From: Gracilinanus agilis
Lineage: Eukaryota
Reading direction: 5' to 3'
NCBI RefSeq assembly: GCF_016433145.1
Contig: NC_058130.1
Span: forward strand, 163,124,085 to 163,188,084
Length of the DNA stretch: 64,000 nucleotides
The notes beneath the pieces are model-generated. The model was given only the letters and a program-made list of their open reading frames with translations. It was not told where the DNA came from and ran no database searches. Below are positions 1-12,740 of the stretch, piece by piece; the first letter of the stretch is position 1; the number at the start of each line of letters is the position of its first letter. The position numbers were made by a program, and so were the translations under genes.

Positions 1-764
1 GGGACATTAATGCATTGCTGGTGGAGCTGTGAACTGATCCAGCCATTCTGGCTGGCAATTTGGAATCACGCTCAAAGGGCTATAAAAGAATGCCTGCCCT
101 TTGATCCAGCCATACCATTGCTGGGTTTGTACCCCAAAGAGATCATAGATAAACAGACTTGTACGAAAATATTCATAGCTGCGCTTTTTGTGGTGGCAAC
201 AATTTGGAAAAGGAGGGTATGTCCTTCAATTGGGGAATGGCTGAACAAACTGTGGTATATGCGGGTGATGGAATACTATTGTGCTAAAAGGAATAATAAA
301 CTGGAGAAGTTCCAGGCGAACTGGAGAGACCTCCGGGAACTGATGCAGAGCGAAAGGAGCAGAGCCAGAAGAACTCTATACACAGAGACTGACATTCTGT
401 GGTAAAATCGAATGTAATGGACCTCTGAACCAGCAGCAATGCAATGACCCAGGACAATTCTGAGGGATTTATGGTAAAGATGCTACCCACATTCAGAGGA
501 GGGACTCCAGGAGAGGAAACATATAGGAAAAACAACTGCATGAACGCATGGGTCGGGGTGGACATGATTGAGGGTGTAGACTCGAAACTACCACACCAAT
601 GCAACTACCAACAATTTGGAAATTGGTCTTGATCAAGGACACATGACAAAACTAGTGGAAATGCGCATGGGTAGGGGGGGTGCGGGGGGGGGGGTTGAAG
701 GGGAAAGGAGGAGCATGAATCATGTAACCATGTTAAAAATGAATATTAATAAATGTAAAAAAAA
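1..764 (+). mobile_element. 3' end of a young marsupial LINE-1 (ORF2 C-terminus, 3'UTR, short A tail); continues upstream of the window
   Basis: ORF 10..405 encodes the L1 ORF2 C-terminus (HCWWSCELIQPFW...ETDILW*). G-rich 3'UTR tract at about 669-706, AATAAA at 748-753, A run at 757-764. First 60 nt differ at only 3 positions from 10312-10371. Confidence 0.95.
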
Positions 765-769
765 TATTA

Positions 770-3700
770 ATTCTTATTCTGAAGTTGACAACAATCAACA
801 AACATTAATATTTCCATATACAAAAGGACAGAAAAGTTATTGTACTTGAAAGAGTAAATCTATCATCATGTATAGCTTATTTTTTCCCCTGAAAGTATAT
901 AACCAATTCAACACATTCATTTAAAAGCTGTCTCAGATTTTCTTGTTTTCTTCTTTGTAAAAATTCTTTAATCACCTCTTTTCTTCTTTTTTGATCACTA
1001 CCACTAGGAACTCAAGACCACATTTGTACCATAGAGGTTGTTAGTTCACTTTTTTTTTCTTCACCTCATATTTGAATATAAGTGTTTCATCATGTAACTT
1101 CTTATTTTTGAATAGTTTATGTAATATTGAAATTAGGTAGAATTTGCTTGTAAATATATCTGGCCCTTGGATTTTTCTTCCTTTGAGGAGATCATTTATG
1201 TGTTACTCCATTTCATTTTCTGGTGTTGCATTACTTAAATTCTTGGTTTTCTTCATCAGAATATTTGACATTTTTGGAAATATATATTCATTTCATTTAA
1301 GTTATCATTTTGTTGCCACATATAATTAGGTAATATAGTTTCTAATAATTTTCTTTAATTGTTGATTTGTTATAAATTCTCACTTTTCATTTTTTCATCC
1401 CAGAAATATAGTTTTCCTTTCCCTCTTAACAACCAGACTAACTTATGGTTTATATATTTTGTTAGTTTTTTCAAAATATTTGAAGTTTTACCTACTTTTA
1501 CCAATTCAATGATATCTTTACTTTTGCTTCTGTTAATCTCGTCTTTAAATTATGTAATTTCTATTTTGATACTTAGTTGGATTTTTTTCTTTTTTTAAAA
1601 AAATTCTATAGCGTCATTGATTTTCTCTTTCTTTTGTTGATTAAAATGTGTAAACATGTGCACATGCATATGAATGCATGTTCTTTTAAGCACTACTGTG
1701 ACTTTCCATAAGTTTTGGTATACTGTCTAACTTATTTTCTTTGAAGATGTTATTTCCTTTTTTATGATTTCTTCTTTGATCTACCAAATTTTGAGGACTA
1801 ATAATTTTTTGCTTATATTTTTATAATTTCTTTAAAATAATTAAATTGTTTTGGGGGTCGAAATAGGATATGTTTACTATTTCTGCTTTTCTATCTTTTT
1901 ATATAAAAGTGAATGAATCAGAAATTTTTATAATACTTTGTATTCCCATTTGGCAGTCAGGTATGCTATTCTAATTTTTTTTTTCTAAAATTCAATTCAA
2001 ATCCATATCTTCTTTCTACTGAAGCACCCACCATGAATTCTGCTTTATTGCCTATCTTTAACTCTCATTTAATCTTTTATCATTCAAATGTTTCTTTTAA
2101 CTAATAAATTGTAAGGTTCTGCTTTTTAATCCATTCTGCTTTATATTTTATAAAAAGTTCATTCTATTCGTGTCCATAGTAATTCTTAATTGTGGATTTT
2201 CCTCCATCTTATTCTCTTATACTTGCCCTTTCTTTGTCACTATCCCAAATGCAAAAAATTTTTCCATGCCTCACTCTTTGCATATGCATAATATATGCAT
2301 AATATTCTTCTCAAGTACCCTCATTATGAGAACTAGTATTTTTATGCCGTTCTTTTTCCCTCATGCATTTCTCTTTCCCTATATTGTTTTCTCATTTAAG
2401 GCCTGCCCCACCACAAACAGAATAAGGCCCTCTGTCTTAATTTCTTTGTGGCCCTTGAAGACATTAGGATTCGTGAGGGACAGTTGTCTCCACCTCCCAT
2501 TTTAAAACAAGAGCTTCATCAACCTGTATATTCACCATTGTACTTTTTCTTAATTCTCATATTTGAATTTTAGAGTTTCTACTGTTTTTCTCTTTTAATT
2601 GGGAATTTTAAAAAGTCTTCCATGCCATGAAAGTTCCCTACTTATCTTATAGTTTTGTAGGGCAAATTAATTTTTAGTAGGGTAAATTGTAGTTTTGGGC
2701 TTAGTTTTGTATTGATCTTGGTTGTAAGCTTTTGCCTTTTTCTTTTTGAAATATTATTTTCTAACAATTTCTTGTCATTATACTGTTGTTTAGTTGTGCC
2801 CCACTCTTCATATCCCCATTTGAGGTTTTCTTAGCAAAGATAATGTAGTGATTTGCATTTCTTTCTCCAGCTCATTTTACAGATGAGGAAACTAAGGCAA
2901 AGAGGGTCATGTGACTTGCCCAGGGTCATATAGCTAGTATCTTAAGTCCAGATTCAAATGCAGGTCCTAGGCCCAAAATTCTATATACCATGCCTCCTAG
3001 CTGCCTGTTGCTCTAATAGTAGTAGCTACCAAATCTTATGTGATTCTGACTATACTTCTGTGCTAGTTGGACTCTTTTTTCCCCACTGGTTACTCATAGT
3101 ATTTTTTTCTTTGACCTGGAAATTTTGAATATCAGCAATAATACTTACTAGGAATTTCCATCCTGTGTTTTGTTGAGGGTTTTTTAAAAAACAAAGTTGA
3201 CCAGTATAATCTTCCCATCTCACTTTACCTTTCAGTTCTAATAGATCTAGGAAATTTCCATTTATTATTTATTGAAATATACTATCCAGGCTTTTTGTTT
3301 TGTATCAGAAGTTTTAAAATGTCATTTACTTAATTTTTTTGGTTATGGCATTTAGTGCCTGATGATTCTTAAATTATCTTTCCCTGGTCTGTTTTTTGAT
3401 CAATTGTTTTTAAAGCTTTATATTTTATATCTTCTTCTATTTTTCCAATCTCTGGATTTTGTTCTAATATTTCTGTTTGTTCCTTTCTAATTTTAAAGGA
3501 GTCTGTTATTCCAATAAAATTTTACTCCTTAAGTTTCAAGCTATTATTCTCTTTCCTATTCTTTCCTTCAGAGCAATTTCCCCCTTCGTTAATTACATGT
3601 TTAATTTCTTTACTTTTTCCAAATCATATTGTGACCAAGTCACAATTTTCTCTGAGGCTTTGTTTGTAGTTCCTGTGAAGTTATTTTCTAATTTTGTCTT

Positions 3701-4130
3701 TTGGTTATCTATGGATACATAATTCATAACATTTCTTCAAAATATTTAATGTCTTCTGTTTATTACTATATTTAGTACCTGATTTGGGGCTTTGTGTTAG
3801 GAATACAAATCCTATACACTTGCATAGGGTCATTAGGCTTAAGTGTAATGATTTTGCTGCTAACTTTCACTTCCTCTTGGTCTCTGCTCTGAGTTCTGGA
3901 AAGTTTCACCTCTTAGCTCTGAATATTTTGCAAGTTCAGAGCTCTGAGTTTTCCAGTATCTTCTGTAATGTTTGAGGTTGAGTGCTTTGACCTTTCTTAT
4001 ATTTTTGTGTCTTTCCAGGCTAAGTGCTGCTGGCATTGCACCTTGCATCTATGATCCCACTGTTGTGGGTTTTAGGCCCTTGTTGGAGCTATCTTGTTTG
4101 AGAATTATAGTTCTTCTGCTTTTTGGTAGA
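770..4130 (-). mobile_element. Old, internally deleted LINE-1 (3' tail, part of ORF2, spacer, ORF1, 5'UTR)
   Basis: Reverse complement gives decayed ORF2 motifs (1160-1185 resembles LPKKKSPGPDG), an ORF2-start-like segment near 2170-2215, and a DLENRSRRDNLRII-like ORF1 motif near 3355-3410. L1 tail-like sequence lies at 780-1000. Confidence 0.75.
2823..3005 (-). mobile_element. MAR1-like CORE-SINE inserted in the old L1
   Basis: ctccagctcattttacagatgaggaaactaaggc...gtgacttgcccagggtc core plus RTE-like tail (ttagcaaagata). Confidence 0.8.
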
Positions 4131-4149
4131 GAGTGTCATCAACTTCAGG

Positions 4150-4340
4150 AGAGACAGAATGGCTTATTAGAAAGAATACTGGATTTGGAGTTAGATGATA
4201 TGAGTTCATATCAAAGTTTTTTCCATTACTATTCATGAAACTGTGGGCAAGTCACATTCTGTGACTTAGTTTCCTCATTTGTAAAATAAGGAAATTGGAC
4301 TAAGTAACATCTAAAGTTTCCTCCAACTCTACAAATCTGA
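4150..4340 (+). mobile_element. MIR3-like CORE-SINE
   Basis: ggatttggagtt...gggcaagtcac...ttagtttcctcatttgtaaaataagg...ggactaag...tccaactct. Confidence 0.7.
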
Positions 4341-5244
4341 TAGCCCCATCTTCTGTTGGAAGCCTTTCTTAACCCTAATTAGTTTCAGTGCCTTCCCTCT
4401 GTTAATTATTTCCCATTTCTCCTGTAAAAAGTTTGTTATACTTAGTTGTTTGCATAGTGTTTCCTCAATTGTTTGTGAGCAAAAACAAACTTTTACATTT
4501 CTTTTTATCTCCAGAATTTAGTACACAACCTGGCACATAGTGGGTTTAATACTAGTAAATATTTAATATATAGTAGTGTTTTATAAATGTTTGTTTATCA
4601 ATTGATTTACCAATTCAGTGGAGCATCTGTAGTCCATACTAGCAAACTACTCGATTATTTGTGATTGCTCATGTTGACTGTTCTTGTAGGATCCCTCTTG
4701 CTGGGCATTAGGTCTATTTATGAAGTCCTAAACTGAATAAATGGAATCATTATAGTTTCTCTTTAAATTTCTTAATCATTATTTAGTCTGTTTCTCTTCT
4801 TGATATCTTGTCTGAAAATGCATATGTCAGAATTGGACTCCTTTGATAATATTCATGTAGCCTTCTTAATGGGAACTCTACATGTTTGCTTTTTAAGTGC
4901 TACCTACATTATGGAGAATCTTTGAGAAAGGATCCCTGTCCAATTTTGTCCCCAGTTCCCCACTAAAGAGCCATTTGCCATATTCACCAAGAATCTCTTT
5001 CATTAACTCAGCCACAAGATAAATTTGGGAAAGCTATAATGATTATGTAATAAAGGGAAATCTAGTCAGCAGGGTTGTCTGTATCCAGTGTTGCTGATTG
5101 AATGAAAATATCTGTTTTTACAGAATCTTGGTGAGGATGGGGAAAGGATTCTTCTCTGGAAACCCACTTTTTGTTAGGAGAGCAACTTAAATCAAAAGAT
5201 AGGTTAAGAGTAGCAGATCACTTTAATCACTATATCTTAAAAAG

Positions 5245-6190
5245 ATTATTTATTTCTTTTTAAACACATTTTCTTTTAAATTTTGAGTTCCAAATTTTAT
5301 TCTTCCTTTCTACTACCCCCAGAAAGTAAACAGTATTCATCAGTAATACATGTCAAATCATGCAAAACGTATTTCCATATTAGCCATCTCACAAAACAAA
5401 GCAAAAGAAAACAGAGAGAAAATTATAGTTGTTTGTACTCAGAGATCATCAGTCTCTTTCTAAGAGGTGGATAGCATTTTCTTTTATCATGAGACTTTTG
5501 GAATTTTCTTGGATTATCATATTGATCAAAGTAGCAAAGTCATTCATAGCTAATCATCATTATAACATTGCTGTAACAGTGCACAATGATCTACTGGTTC
5601 TTCTCACTTCACTTTGCATCAGTTCATATATATCTTGCCATACTTTTCTGTAATGATCCTCTCATCATTTCTTAGCACAATAGTATTCCACAATCATATG
5701 CCACAACTTATTTCGCCATTTCCCGATTGATGAGTATCTCCTCAGTTTCTAATTCTTTGTTACCACAAAAATAACTTCTATAAGTATTTTTGTATTTTTG
5801 TCCTTTTCCTCTTTCTTTGACCTCTTTGGAGTACAGATCTAATAGTATATTACTGGATTGAAGGGAATGCACAGTTTTATAGTGTTTTGGAAATAGTTCC
5901 AGATAATTATCCACAATGGTTGGACTAGTTCACTACTCCATTAGTAGTTTATTAGGATATTTATTTTCCTCATGCCCTCCAGGATCTGTCATTTCTGATA
6001 GGTGTGAGGTAGCACATGAGAGTTATTTTAAATTTGCCTTTCTCTAATCAATAGTAACTTAGAGCATTTTTTAAATATTAGTATAGGTAGATTTGATTTC
6101 TTCTTCTGAAAACTGCTTGCTCATATCCCTTGACTATCAATTTCAGAATGGCTCTTTTGTAAAATAAATTTGATTCATTTGTCTATATAT
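5245..6190 (-). mobile_element. Old LINE-1 3' end (ORF2 C-terminus and 3'UTR)
   Basis: T-rich tail followed by reverse-complement L1 3' sequence. Minus ORF 5708..5914 resembles the ORF2 C-terminus (ILLDLYSKEVKE). Confidence 0.8.
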
Positions 6191-6750
6191 TTGAGGAATG
6201 AAGAGAAATTTTGTTGGAATCATTTTAAAGAGGGAAGAAAATTATATACACACTTGGTTGAGGATCGGAATCTATCTTACCCCAGTAGGGAAAGAGGAGG
6301 GAAAGGGAATAAAAGATATGGAGCTAGGAGGAGGGATAATGAAAGGGAGAGTGGATTAAGGGAGGCAGTGATGAGAAGCAAAATAAACTTTTGAGGTAGG
6401 ACAGGATGAAAAAGAGAGAAAGAAAAGAGAAAAAATAAAATAGAGGGAAATGCACAATTAGTCATAATTATATATGTAACATATATCACTAATCCATAAA
6501 ACAAAGCAGATAGCAGAATGGAATAGAAACTAGATTCCAATAATATGATGTATACAAGAGGTATTCTTGAAAACAGAAAGACACATACAGAACTAAAATA
6601 GAATCTATTATGCTTCAGATAAAGTAAAAAAGGTAATCATAGTGTCAGATAAAGCAAAAGAAAAAATAGACTTAATTAAAAAAGATAATCAGGGAATCTT
6701 CATTTTGCTAAAATATACTATGGATAATAAAACAATATTTAAAAATATCA
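6190..6750 (+). mobile_element. Old LINE-1 inter-ORF spacer and decayed ORF2 endonuclease start
   Basis: Purine-rich spacer, then gggaaatgcacaattagtcataatt (homologous to 6924ff), and MSDKAKEKIDLIKKDNQG matching the ISDKAKVKID...KKDREG endonuclease segment. Confidence 0.75.
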
Positions 6751-9700
6751 ATAAATTTCATTACACCTTGAAAAATAAAAATAGGGGAATAACAAGGGAG
6801 GGGGTAGAAAGGGAAGTTAATCAAAGGAGGGGATAAGGGATACCGGCTCAAAGCAAACCACTGGTTTAAAAGAAAATAGTGTAAGAAGAAGGGGTGGGAG
6901 TAGGGGAGGATACAAAAATCTCAGTGAATGCACAACTGATAATTATAACTCTGAATGTGAATGGGATGAACGCACTCATAAAACGGAAGCAAATAGCAGA
7001 GTGGATTAGAAACCAAAATCCCACCATATGTTGTCTACAAGAAACACATATGAGGCGGGTGGACATACACAAGTTTAAGGTTAAGGGCTTGAGGAAAATC
7101 TTTTGGGCATCAAATGAGAAAAAGAAGGCAGGAGTGGCTATTATGATTTCTGACAAAGCCAAAGTAAAAATAGATATGAATAAAAAAGACAGGGAAGGTC
7201 ATTACATCCTGATTAAAGGCAGTATAAACAATGAGGAAATAACACTGCTCAATATGTATGCACCAAGTGGTATAGCATCCAAATTCATAGAGGAGAAACT
7301 GGCAGAGCTCAAGAAGGAAATAGATAGTAAAACCATAATAGTGGGAGATCTAAATATTCCTCTTTCAGATCTAGATAAATCAAACCAAAAAAATAAATAA
7401 GAAAGAGGTAAGAGAAATGAATGAAGTCCTAGAAAAATTAGATTTAATTGATATGTGGAGAAAAATAAATAGGGACAAAAAGGAATACACCTTCTTTTCA
7501 GCTTCACATGGTACATTCACAAAGACTGACCATGTAATAGGGCATAGAAACATCGCAAACAAATGCAAAAGAGCAGATATAATAAATGTAACCTTCTCAT
7601 ACAATAATGCAATAAAAATAATAATTAGTAAGGGCACCTGGACAGGCAAATCAAAAACCAACTGGAAATTAAACAGTATAATTCTCCAAAACCAATTAGT
7701 CAAAGAAGAAATCATAGAAACAATCAATAATTTCATCGAAGAAAATGACAATGATGAGACATCCTACCAAACTCTGTGGGATGCAGCCAAGGCAGTACTC
7801 AGGGGGAAATTTATATCCTTGAGTGCATATATTAACAAATTAAGGAGGGCAGAGATTAATGAATTGGGCATGCAACTCAAAAAATTAGAAAGTGAGCAAA
7901 TTAAAAATCCCCAGATGAAAACTAAATTAGAAATACTAAAAATTAAGGGAGAAATTAATAAAATCAAAAGTAAAAGAACTATTGAATTAATAAATAAGAC
8001 TAGAAGCTGATATTTTGAAAAAACAGATAAAATAGAAAAAGTACTGGTCAATCTAATAAAAAAAAGGAAAGAAGAAAACCAAATTGACAGTATCAAAGAT
8101 GAAAAGGGAGACCTCACCTCTAATGAAGGGGAAATTAAGGCAATCATTAAAAACTATTTCGCCCAATTATATGGCAACAAATATAACAATTTAGGAGATA
8201 CGGATGAATATTTACAAAAATATAAGTTGCCTAGATTAACAGCAGAAGAAATAGAATACCTAAATAGTCCCTTATCAGAAAAAGAAATTGAACAAGCCAT
8301 CAAAGAACTCCCTAAGAAAAAATTACCGGGACATGATGGATTCACAAGTGAATTCTATTGGACATTCAAAGAGCAACTAATCACAATACAATACAAATTA
8401 TTTGATATGATAAGCAAAGAAGGAGTCCTACCAAATTCCTTTTATGACACAAATATGGCACTGATTCCAAAGCCAGGTAGATCTAAAACAGAGAAAGAAA
8501 ACTATAGACCAATCTTCCTAATGAATATAGATGCAAAAATCTTAAATAGAATACTAGCAAAGAGACTCCAGCAAGTAATTAAGAAGATCATCCACCATGA
8601 TCAGGTGGGATTTATACCAGGAATGCAAGGATGGTTCAACATTAGGAAAACCATCCACATAATTGACCATCTCAACAGTCTAACAAACAAAAATAACATG
8701 ATTATCTCAATAGATGCTGAAAAAGCCTTTGACAAAATACAGCATCCATTCCTATTGAAAACACTGAAAAGTATAGGAATAGAAGGACCTTTCCTAAAAA
8801 TAATAAACAGTATATACCTAAAACCATCAACAAACATAATATGCAATGGGGATAAATTAGAAGCCTTCCCAATAAGAGCAGGAGTGAAACAAGGATGCCC
8901 ATTATCACCTCTACTGTTCAACATAGTACTAGAAACACTAGCAGTTGCAATTAGAGAAGAAAAAGAAATTGAAGGTATCAAAATAGGCAATGAGGAGACT
9001 AAGCTATCACTCTTTGCAGATGATATGATGGAATACTTAAAAAATCCTAGAGAATCAACTAAGAAGCTGGTAGAAATAATCAACAACTTTAGCCAAGTTG
9101 CAGGTTACAAAATAAATGCACATAAATCATCAGCATTTCTATATATTTACAACACATCACAGCAGCAAGAGGTAGAAAGAGAAACACCATTTAAAATCAC
9201 CCTAGACAATATAAAATACTTGGGGATCTATCTACCAAAACAAACACAGCAATTATAAGAAAACAACTACAAAACACTTTCCAAACAAATAAAACTGGAT
9301 CTCAACAATTGGAAAGCCATTGATTGCTCATGGGTAGGACAAGCTAACATAATAAAAATGACCATTCTACCCAAATTAATTTGCCTATTTAGCGCCATAC
9401 CTATCAAATTACCAAAAAACTTCTTTACTGAATTAGGAAAAACTATAACAAATTTCATTTGGAATAACAAAAGATCAAGAACATCAAGAGAAATAATGAA
9501 GAAAAATGTGAACAAAGGGGGCCTAGCAGTACCAGATATTAAACTATACTATAAAGCAGCAGTCATCAAAACAATATGGTACTGGCTAAGAGATAGAAGG
9601 GAGGATCAGTGGAATAGACTTGGGGTTAATGTCATCAGCAAGACAGTGTATGATAAACTCAAAGAGCCCAACTTTTGGGACATGAATCCACTATTTGACA

Positions 9701-11076
9701 AAAACTGCTGGGAAATTTGGAAAACAATATGGGAGAGATTAGGTTTAGATCAACATCTCACACCCTACACCAAGATAAATTCAGAATGGGTGAATGACTT
9801 GAATATAAAGAGGGAAACTATAAATAAGTTAAGTGAACAGAGAATAGTATACTTGTCAGATCTCTGGGAAAGGAAAGATTTTAAAACCAAGCAAGAGTTA
9901 GAGAAAATTACAAAATGTAAATTTAATGGTTTTGATTATATTAAGCTAAAAAGCTTTTGTACAAACAAAAACAATGTAGTCAAAATCATAAGGGAAACAA
10001 CAAATTGGGAAAAAGTCTTTATAACAAAAAACTCTGACAGGGGTCTAATCACTCAAATATACAAGGAGTTAAATCAATTGTATAAAAAATCAAGCCATTC
10101 CCTAATTGATAAATGGGCAAGAGACATGAATAGGCAATTTTCAGGTAAAGAAATCAAAACTATCAATAAGCACATGAGAAAGTGTTCTAAATCTGTAATA
10201 ATTAGAGAAATGCAAATCAAAACAACTCTGAGGTATTACCTCATACCTAGCAGATTGGCTAAAATGAAAGAAGGGGAGAGTAATGAATGCTGGAGGGGAT
10301 ATGGCAAAATTGGGACATTGATGCATTGCTGGTGGAGTTGTGAACTGATCCAACCATTCTGGCTGGCAATTTGGAACTATGCTCAAAGGGCTATAAAAGA
10401 ATACCTACCTTTTGATCCAGCCATACCATTGTTGGGTTTGTACCCCAAAGAGATCATAAATAAACAGACTTGTAAGTAAATATTTATAGCTGGGTTTTTT
10501 TGGTGGCAAAAAACTGGAAAAGGAGAGTATGTCCTTCAATTTGGGAACGGCTGAACAAACTGTGGTATATGCTGGTGATGGAATACTATTGTGCTCAAAG
10601 GAATAATAAACTAGAGGAGTTCCAGGTGAACTAGAATGACCTCCAGGAACTGATGCAGAGCAAAAGGAGCAGAGCCAGAAGAACATTGTACACAGAGACT
10701 GATATACTATGGTAAAATTGAATGTAATAGACTTCTGTACCAGCATCAATGCAATGACCCAGGACAATTCTGTGGGATTTATGGTAAAGAACACTACCCA
10801 CATTCAGAGGAAGAACTGCAGGAGAGGAACCATAGAAGAAAAACAACTGCTTGAATGCATGGGATGAGGTGGACATGATTGGGGATGTAGACTCGAACTA
10901 CCACACCAATGCAACTATCAACAATTTGGAAATAGGTCTTGATCAATGACACATGTTAAAACCAGTGGAAATGTGCGTCAGCCATGGGTGGGGGGGAGAG
11001 CGGGGGGTGAAGGGGAAAGTAGGAGCATGAATCATGTAACCATGTTAAAAATGAATATTAATAAACGTTCAAAAAA
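6750..11076 (+). mobile_element. 5'-truncated young LINE-1 (spacer, complete ORF2 region, 3'UTR)
   Basis: Four consecutive ORF segments cover the EN, RT (FADD motif) and C-terminal Cys-rich domains. AATAAA at 11060-11065, A run at 11071-11076. The 5' boundary is approximate and no TSD was found. Confidence 0.95.
6924..10715 (+). pseudogene. Disrupted L1 ORF2 (endonuclease and reverse transcriptase)
   Basis: Expected start reads GTG (6924). +1 frameshift in the A run near 7390. In-frame stops at 8008-8010, 9256-9258 and 10477-10479. A 1-nt deletion near 10500 relative to the copy at 1-405. Natural stop TAA at 10713-10715. Confidence 0.9.
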
Positions 11077-12400
11077 TTATGGCTTTCAAGTAGTCCAATA
11101 ATTCTTAAATTTCCTCTTCTGTATCTATTTTCCAGATCAATTGCTTTTATTTCACATTTTTTCCATTCTTTTGACTTTATTTAATTACTCCTTGAAGACT
11201 CATATAATCATTAGCTTCTCCTTGCCTAATTCTAATGTTTAAAGAATTATTTTCTTTTGTGAGCTTTTGGACCTCTTTCCATTTTGTCTATTCTGCTTGT
11301 AGATAAGTTCTTTTCTTCAGTGAGTTTTTGTTCCTCTTTTACCAATAGGCCAATTCTGTTTTTAAAATTATTTTTACTCAATATTTTTTGACTCTTTTAC
11401 CTTCTTTGTTAACTGTATTTTCTTAATTTTCTTAACATCACTCTCATTTCTTTTACCAATTTTTCCTCTATCATTCTTATCTCTTTCTTTAACTCTTCCA
11501 AGAATTCTTTTTGGACTTACGTCCAATTAGCATTTTTCTCTGAGACTCTGATAGTACCTATTTTTATGGTGTCTTCTATCTTTATGTTGTGGTTTTCCTT
11601 ACCACTGTAGTAGCTTTTTATGGTCAAGTTCTTTTTTTTGTTATTCACTCATTTTTATTCTATTTTTTGGCTTTGAACTTCATGTTAATGTTGAGCTCAG
11701 CTCACCTGGGGGTTTCGGGAGGCACTGTGTCAAGCTTCAGGCTTTTTAAATCAAATTTTTAGAACTAGTTCTGGACAGGGGGCTGCGAGTTTTTGTGCTT
11801 CCAAGGTCATGTTATTCTGAGGGAAGTATGGTCACTACTCTCCTAGGCTGTGCTCTGGCCTTTACTCAGTAAAGAGCCCTGTTCCTCTGCAACCATTAAG
11901 TACTAATGTTCCTCTTTGTCTTGGAATTGTTACCAGATCTCCTGATCTCCCATAACTGAAAGAAACTAGCACTTTTTTGACCCTAAAAACTATGACTTTG
12001 TCCCTGGTTCCTTATGACTTATCAGAAATGTTTCTCTTTACCCTGGAGCTACTTATGGGCAATATAGTTGCTAATTAGAGTCAGCTGTACCAAGTGCCAG
12101 CAAAATTCCTCCTTAATCTCTTTTTGACTAGTTGTCTGATCCCCTTACCACCTCTGGGTTGAGAACTCCAAAAGCTGTTGCTGTAATTATCATAGCCACC
12201 TCTAAGACCCATAGCTGATGCTTCTGCCATGCTCCAGACCTTTACCTTCTCCAGTATTACAGACCTCTTCTGAAGGCCTCCTAAATTGTTTTGGATTAAA
12301 TAAATATCTCTCTTGGTCTTTTTGCTGACTTTGCTTTGCCAAAATTTGGTTTGAGGTCTTATTTTAAAATTGTTTGAAAAGTAATGTTTGGAGAGTTCAA
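11077..12400 (-). mobile_element. Old LINE-1 ORF1 5' half and 5'UTR
   Basis: Reverse complement of 11077-11150 reads ...DLENRYRRGNLRIIGLLESH (marsupial ORF1 motif), followed by coiled-coil-like repetitive sequence and 5'UTR-like sequence. Confidence 0.75.
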
Positions 12401-12463
12401 CTGGGTCTCGGTTCCATCCTATACTCTGCTGTCTTATCTCTGCCCCACTTTAATCACTTTAGA

Positions 12464-12740
12464 AGCAGTGTTGTAGAGTGCAAAGAATATTGGACTTAGA
12501 GTCAGAGAAACTAGTTTGGATCCTGATTCTGCCTCTTATTAGCTGTGTAATCCTAGACAAATTCCTTCACTTGTCTGAGTCTGTTTCTATATCTTTAAAA
12601 TGGGTAGAAAAACACCTGTACCACTTAACACAAAAAATTATGATCAAGCTCAAATGAAATGACATATATATGTGTACACACACATACACAAAGTATGGTT
12701 ACATTTTGTAATCATAAAAGTATTATGCAGATGTCAGCTA
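12464..12740 (+). mobile_element. MIR-type CORE-SINE
   Basis: gcagtgttgtagagtg...ggacttagagtcaga...ttagctgtgtaatcctagacaa...tcaagctcaaatgaaatg. Confidence 0.75.

Noticed and set aside
7202-10876. Several minus-strand ORFs of 68-161 aa
   Set aside because: They are antisense shadows of L1 ORF2 (A-rich sense strand giving F/L/I/S-rich frames), with no independent coding signal.
1-11076. Segmental duplication suggested by similarity of 1-760 to 10312-11076
   Set aside because: Similarity ends at the poly(A) tails and the flanks differ, so these are two insertions of one L1 family.
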